This document shows positions 43,814 through 45,494 of a stretch of 45,494 nt of DNA, piece by piece. The notes under the pieces were generated by a model, which had not been told where the DNA came from, ran no database searches, and saw only the letters and a list, made by a program, of their open reading frames with translations. The number at the start of each line of letters is the position of its first letter. Positions within the stretch are counted from its first letter, which is position 1. The translations under genes were made by a program, and so were the position numbers. The stretch comes from Kiritimatiellia bacterium (GTDB taxonomy: Bacteria > Verrucomicrobiota > Kiritimatiellia > RFP12 > UBA1067), in contig JAFPNP010000097.1 of assembly GCA_017411125.1 (NCBI GenBank), forward strand, positions 1 to 45,494, in the 5' to 3' direction.

Positions 43814-44266
43814 ATGGAAACGAAGGAATTGATAGCGGATCTTGCAGGCCGGCTTGGGATCGAGTTCGGGAACGAAGGCCCTTGGTCGTTCAAGGCGGAC
43901 GATATCGCAGTGACGATCGACAGTTTGCCCGAAATGGACGTGATCATTGTCATGAGCGATCTCGGCGAGCCGCCGCCCGAAAGGCTGGAGGGGCTCTACA
44001 AGACGCTGCTTGCGGCAAACCATCTTTTCGGCGGGACGGCCGGCGCCACGATATCGCTGGATGCCGAAACCGGCGTGATATGGTTGTGCCGCGCGCTCAA
44101 CACGGCGGTGCTGGACGGCGCCTCGTTCTATTCCGCGATCGAACGGTTCGTCAATACGGCGGACAACTGGCACACGATCATCTCGGACTACCGCGATGCC
44201 GTTCCGAACATGGCGAAAAAGGACGACGAGGCGATTCCGGCGGGCGGTGGATTCATCCAGGTGTGA
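43814..44266 (+). CDS. Type III secretion chaperone-like protein (CesT/SycE/YbjN fold family)
   Basis: 150 aa, acidic. LIADLAGRLGIEF...WSFKADDIAVTIDSLPEMDVIIVMSDLGEPPPERLEGLYKTLLAANHLFGGTAGATISLDAETGVIWLCRAL...LDGASFYSAIERFVNTADNW follows the CesT-family pattern (L..lg....l..d..g...l..d....v.l........l.l...lg.lp......l...LL.aN......g..l.ld.....l.l......l....f...le.F...a..W). Confidence 0.55.
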   Translation: METKELIADLAGRLGIEFGNEGPWSFKADDIAVTIDSLPEMDVIIVMSDLGEPPPERLEGLYKTLLAANHLFGGTAGATISLDAETGVIWLCRALNTAVLDGASFYSAIERFVNTADNWHTIISDYRDAVPNMAKKDDEAIPAGGGFIQV

Positions 44267-44273
44267 CCGTTGC

Positions 44274-44293
44274 GGCGCGTGGGGACACGCGCC
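44274..44293 (+). terminator. GC-rich hairpin after the chaperone-like gene (same family as 18631 and 20063)
   Basis: GGCGCGTG ggga CACGCGCC, 8 nt after stop 44266. It is preceded by TGACCGTTG, the same sequence that precedes the 18631 copy. Confidence 0.45.
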
Positions 44294-44330
44294 CTGCCTG
44301 TCTATAATTAAGGTAAAAGGGAAAACGAAG

Positions 44331-45494
44331 ATGAGCAGACTGCATTGCGTCGCGTGTCTCGTCCTTGCGGGCGGGCTGGCATTTTCCGCGAGCGCCGCGA
44401 GCGCCTCCAGGCAGACGTTCAAGTACGATACCGACGCATACGTCCCGTTCGACGAGACGACGACGGTCGTGCTGGAATGTCCCGACGAATCCGCCGGGAA
44501 GTGGCTGCGCGACCATTTGAACCAATGGTACGACGGAAGGAAGTGGTACGACCTGTTCGGTGCCGGCCACGCTCCGAAGGTGCGGTCCGGCAAGACCGGG
44601 CTTGCCGTCCAGAAGGGCGACGAGGCGTATGCCGCGTCCGTCGGCACGAACGGCGTGAAGATCGCCGCGAACGCTCTGGCCGGCGTGCGGTGGGCGTCGT
44701 ACACGCTGAGGCAGCTCGCCATCGCAAAGCGCGGCACGATGCGGACGGAGGGGATGCTTCTTCCGACGCTGGAGATTTCGGACGCGCCGCATCTGGCGTT
44801 CAGGGCGGTGCATCTGTGCTGGTTTCCGGAGGTGCGTCCGCAGCAGATCGAGCGCGCGATACGCCTCGCCGCGCTGCTGAAGTTTAACCATGCCATCATC
44901 GAGCCATGGGGCATGTTCCGCAGCGAGAAGCATCCCTGGTGGCCCTGGCCGCAGGCGAACATGACGAAGTCCGAGTTGAAGCGGCTCGTCGCGGTGGGAA
45001 AAGACCTTGGCATAACGCTCATACCGCAGATAAACTGCTACGGGCACGCCACCTCCGCCCGCGGCTGCACGCTGAAGCACAGCGCGCTGGACCTGAATCC
45101 TGAATACGAGCCGCTGTTCGAGCCGGGCGGATGGAATTGGTGCCTTTCCAATCCCGAGACGCAGCGCGTGCTGCGCGAACTTATCGCCGAGATGTACGAG
45201 GCTTTCGGCAATCCTCCGTACTTCCATCTTGGATGCGACGAGGCGCAGCACCAGACGTGCCCCGAATGCCGGAAGACGCCGAACGCGGAGCTCGTGTGCC
45301 GCCACATAACGGGGCACGACATGCTCCTCCGGCGCGGCGATCCGCGCTGGAAGGGCTTCGTCCACTGCGGGTCGAAAGAGACGGCCACGCTGGCGGACAC
45401 GCTTCCGAAAGACGTCATCATCTGCGACTGGCAGTACTCCTACGACGCCATGGATGAGGCGCGCGCGGACTGGCCCACGATGAAGTATTTCAAG
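44331..45494 (+). CDS. GH20-like (beta-N-acetylhexosaminidase superfamily) secreted glycosidase, N-terminal 388 codons (3' end outside the window)
   Basis: Not in the ORF track because there is no stop before the window end. My own translation from ATG 44331 (AAAGGGAAAA upstream) stays open to 45494: MSRLHCVACLVLAGGLAFSASAAS (signal), ISDAPHLAFRAVHLCWFPE, GITLIPQINCYGHA and FHLGCDEAQ parallel the GH20 motifs D.PrF.wRG.mlD / IPEID.PGH / HiGGDE. The two long minus-strand ORFs here are Arg-rich antisense artefacts. Confidence 0.55.
   Translation, partial: MSRLHCVACLVLAGGLAFSASAASASRQTFKYDTDAYVPFDETTTVVLECPDESAGKWLRDHLNQWYDGRKWYDLFGAGHAPKVRSGKTGLAVQKGDEAYAASVGTNGVKIAANALAGVRWASYTLRQLAIAKRGTMRTEGMLLPTLEISDAPHLAFRAVHLCWFPEVRPQQIERAIRLAALLKFNHAIIEPWGMFRSEKHPWWPWPQANMTKSELKRLVAVGKDLGITLIPQINCYGHATSARGCTLKHSALDLNPEYEPLFEPGGWNWCLSNPETQRVLRELIAEMYEAFGNPPYFHLGCDEAQHQTCPECRKTPNAELVCRHITGHDMLLRRGDPRWKGFVHCGSKETATLADTLPKDVIICDWQYSYDAMDEARADWPTMKYFK

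Noticed and set aside
43757-45365. Two long minus-strand ORFs (421 aa and 370 aa) covering the chaperone-like and GH20-like genes.
   Set aside because: They have Arg/His/Pro-rich composition with no motifs. The plus strand carries a CesT-like ORF and an open-ended, signal-peptide-bearing GH20-like frame that explain the region better.
43680-45494. A genomic island or prophage integrated at tRNA-Thr.
   Set aside because: There is no integrase or recombinase, no repeat of the tRNA 3' end downstream within the window, and the GC content of the downstream genes looks like the rest of the window.

Overview
This is a gene-dense, high-GC chromosomal segment from a diderm bacterium; hand-counted 60-nt lines are mostly above 60% G+C. 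The gene content (LamG, FGE/SUMF1-type, Tat-exported Gfo/Idh/MocA, GH9, GH20-like, BspA-type LRR, kdsA-lptCAB) resembles glycan-degrading PVC-group bacteria, but that placement is inference only.

I can support 37 protein-coding genes, one tRNA-Thr(CGU), three tandem-repeat arrays, a small family of GC-rich hairpins and a few promoter or terminator candidates. One of the CDSs is an open-ended GH20-like ORF at 44331..45494 that is missing from the ORF track.

Most of the window is organised as two very long minus-strand operons:
- 17539->6483: carboxyltransferase/biotin subunit, FGE-like protein, lipoprotein, GH9, nitroreductase, pyruvyl transferase, GT2, GT4 and an AlkP-family enzyme. Five consecutive gene junctions are stop/start overlaps.
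- 35060->23456: kdsA-lptC-lptA-lptB-hpf-hprK-ptsH-ptsI-fabH-fabF-fabZ-like-Na/Pi transporter-folB. All gaps are 30 nt or less.

The remaining genes are a secreted glycan-processing group (1..6469), a metY-OMP-cysK sulfur unit, DUF192-murQ, hrpA, and a CesT-like chaperone gene next to the tRNA.

I see no rRNA, CRISPR, IS element or transposase, integrase, prophage, or recognisable defence or toxin-antitoxin genes. Many long ORFs in the track are antisense or out-of-frame artefacts of the high GC content and were rejected.

I could not identify a clear-cut new 'system'. The most unusual observations are:
1. An LptA carrying a roughly 150-aa TolA/SAH-like 18-aa x 8 repeat.
2. Two unrelated intergenic arrays of 4 x 22-bp tandem repeats, each next to a CCCTAT(A)GGG palindrome.
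3. A compositionally mosaic LRR gene followed by 854 bp of non-coding DNA.
4. The tightly coupled glycan-modification operon, which contains a nitroreductase/pyruvyl-transferase pair and a GH9.
5. An HprK-HPr-EI branch occupying the rpoN/ptsN slot of the lptB-hpf locus.
6. An orphan type-III-chaperone-like gene beside tRNA-Thr.

All family assignments come from motif recognition by eye and need HMM or structure confirmation.
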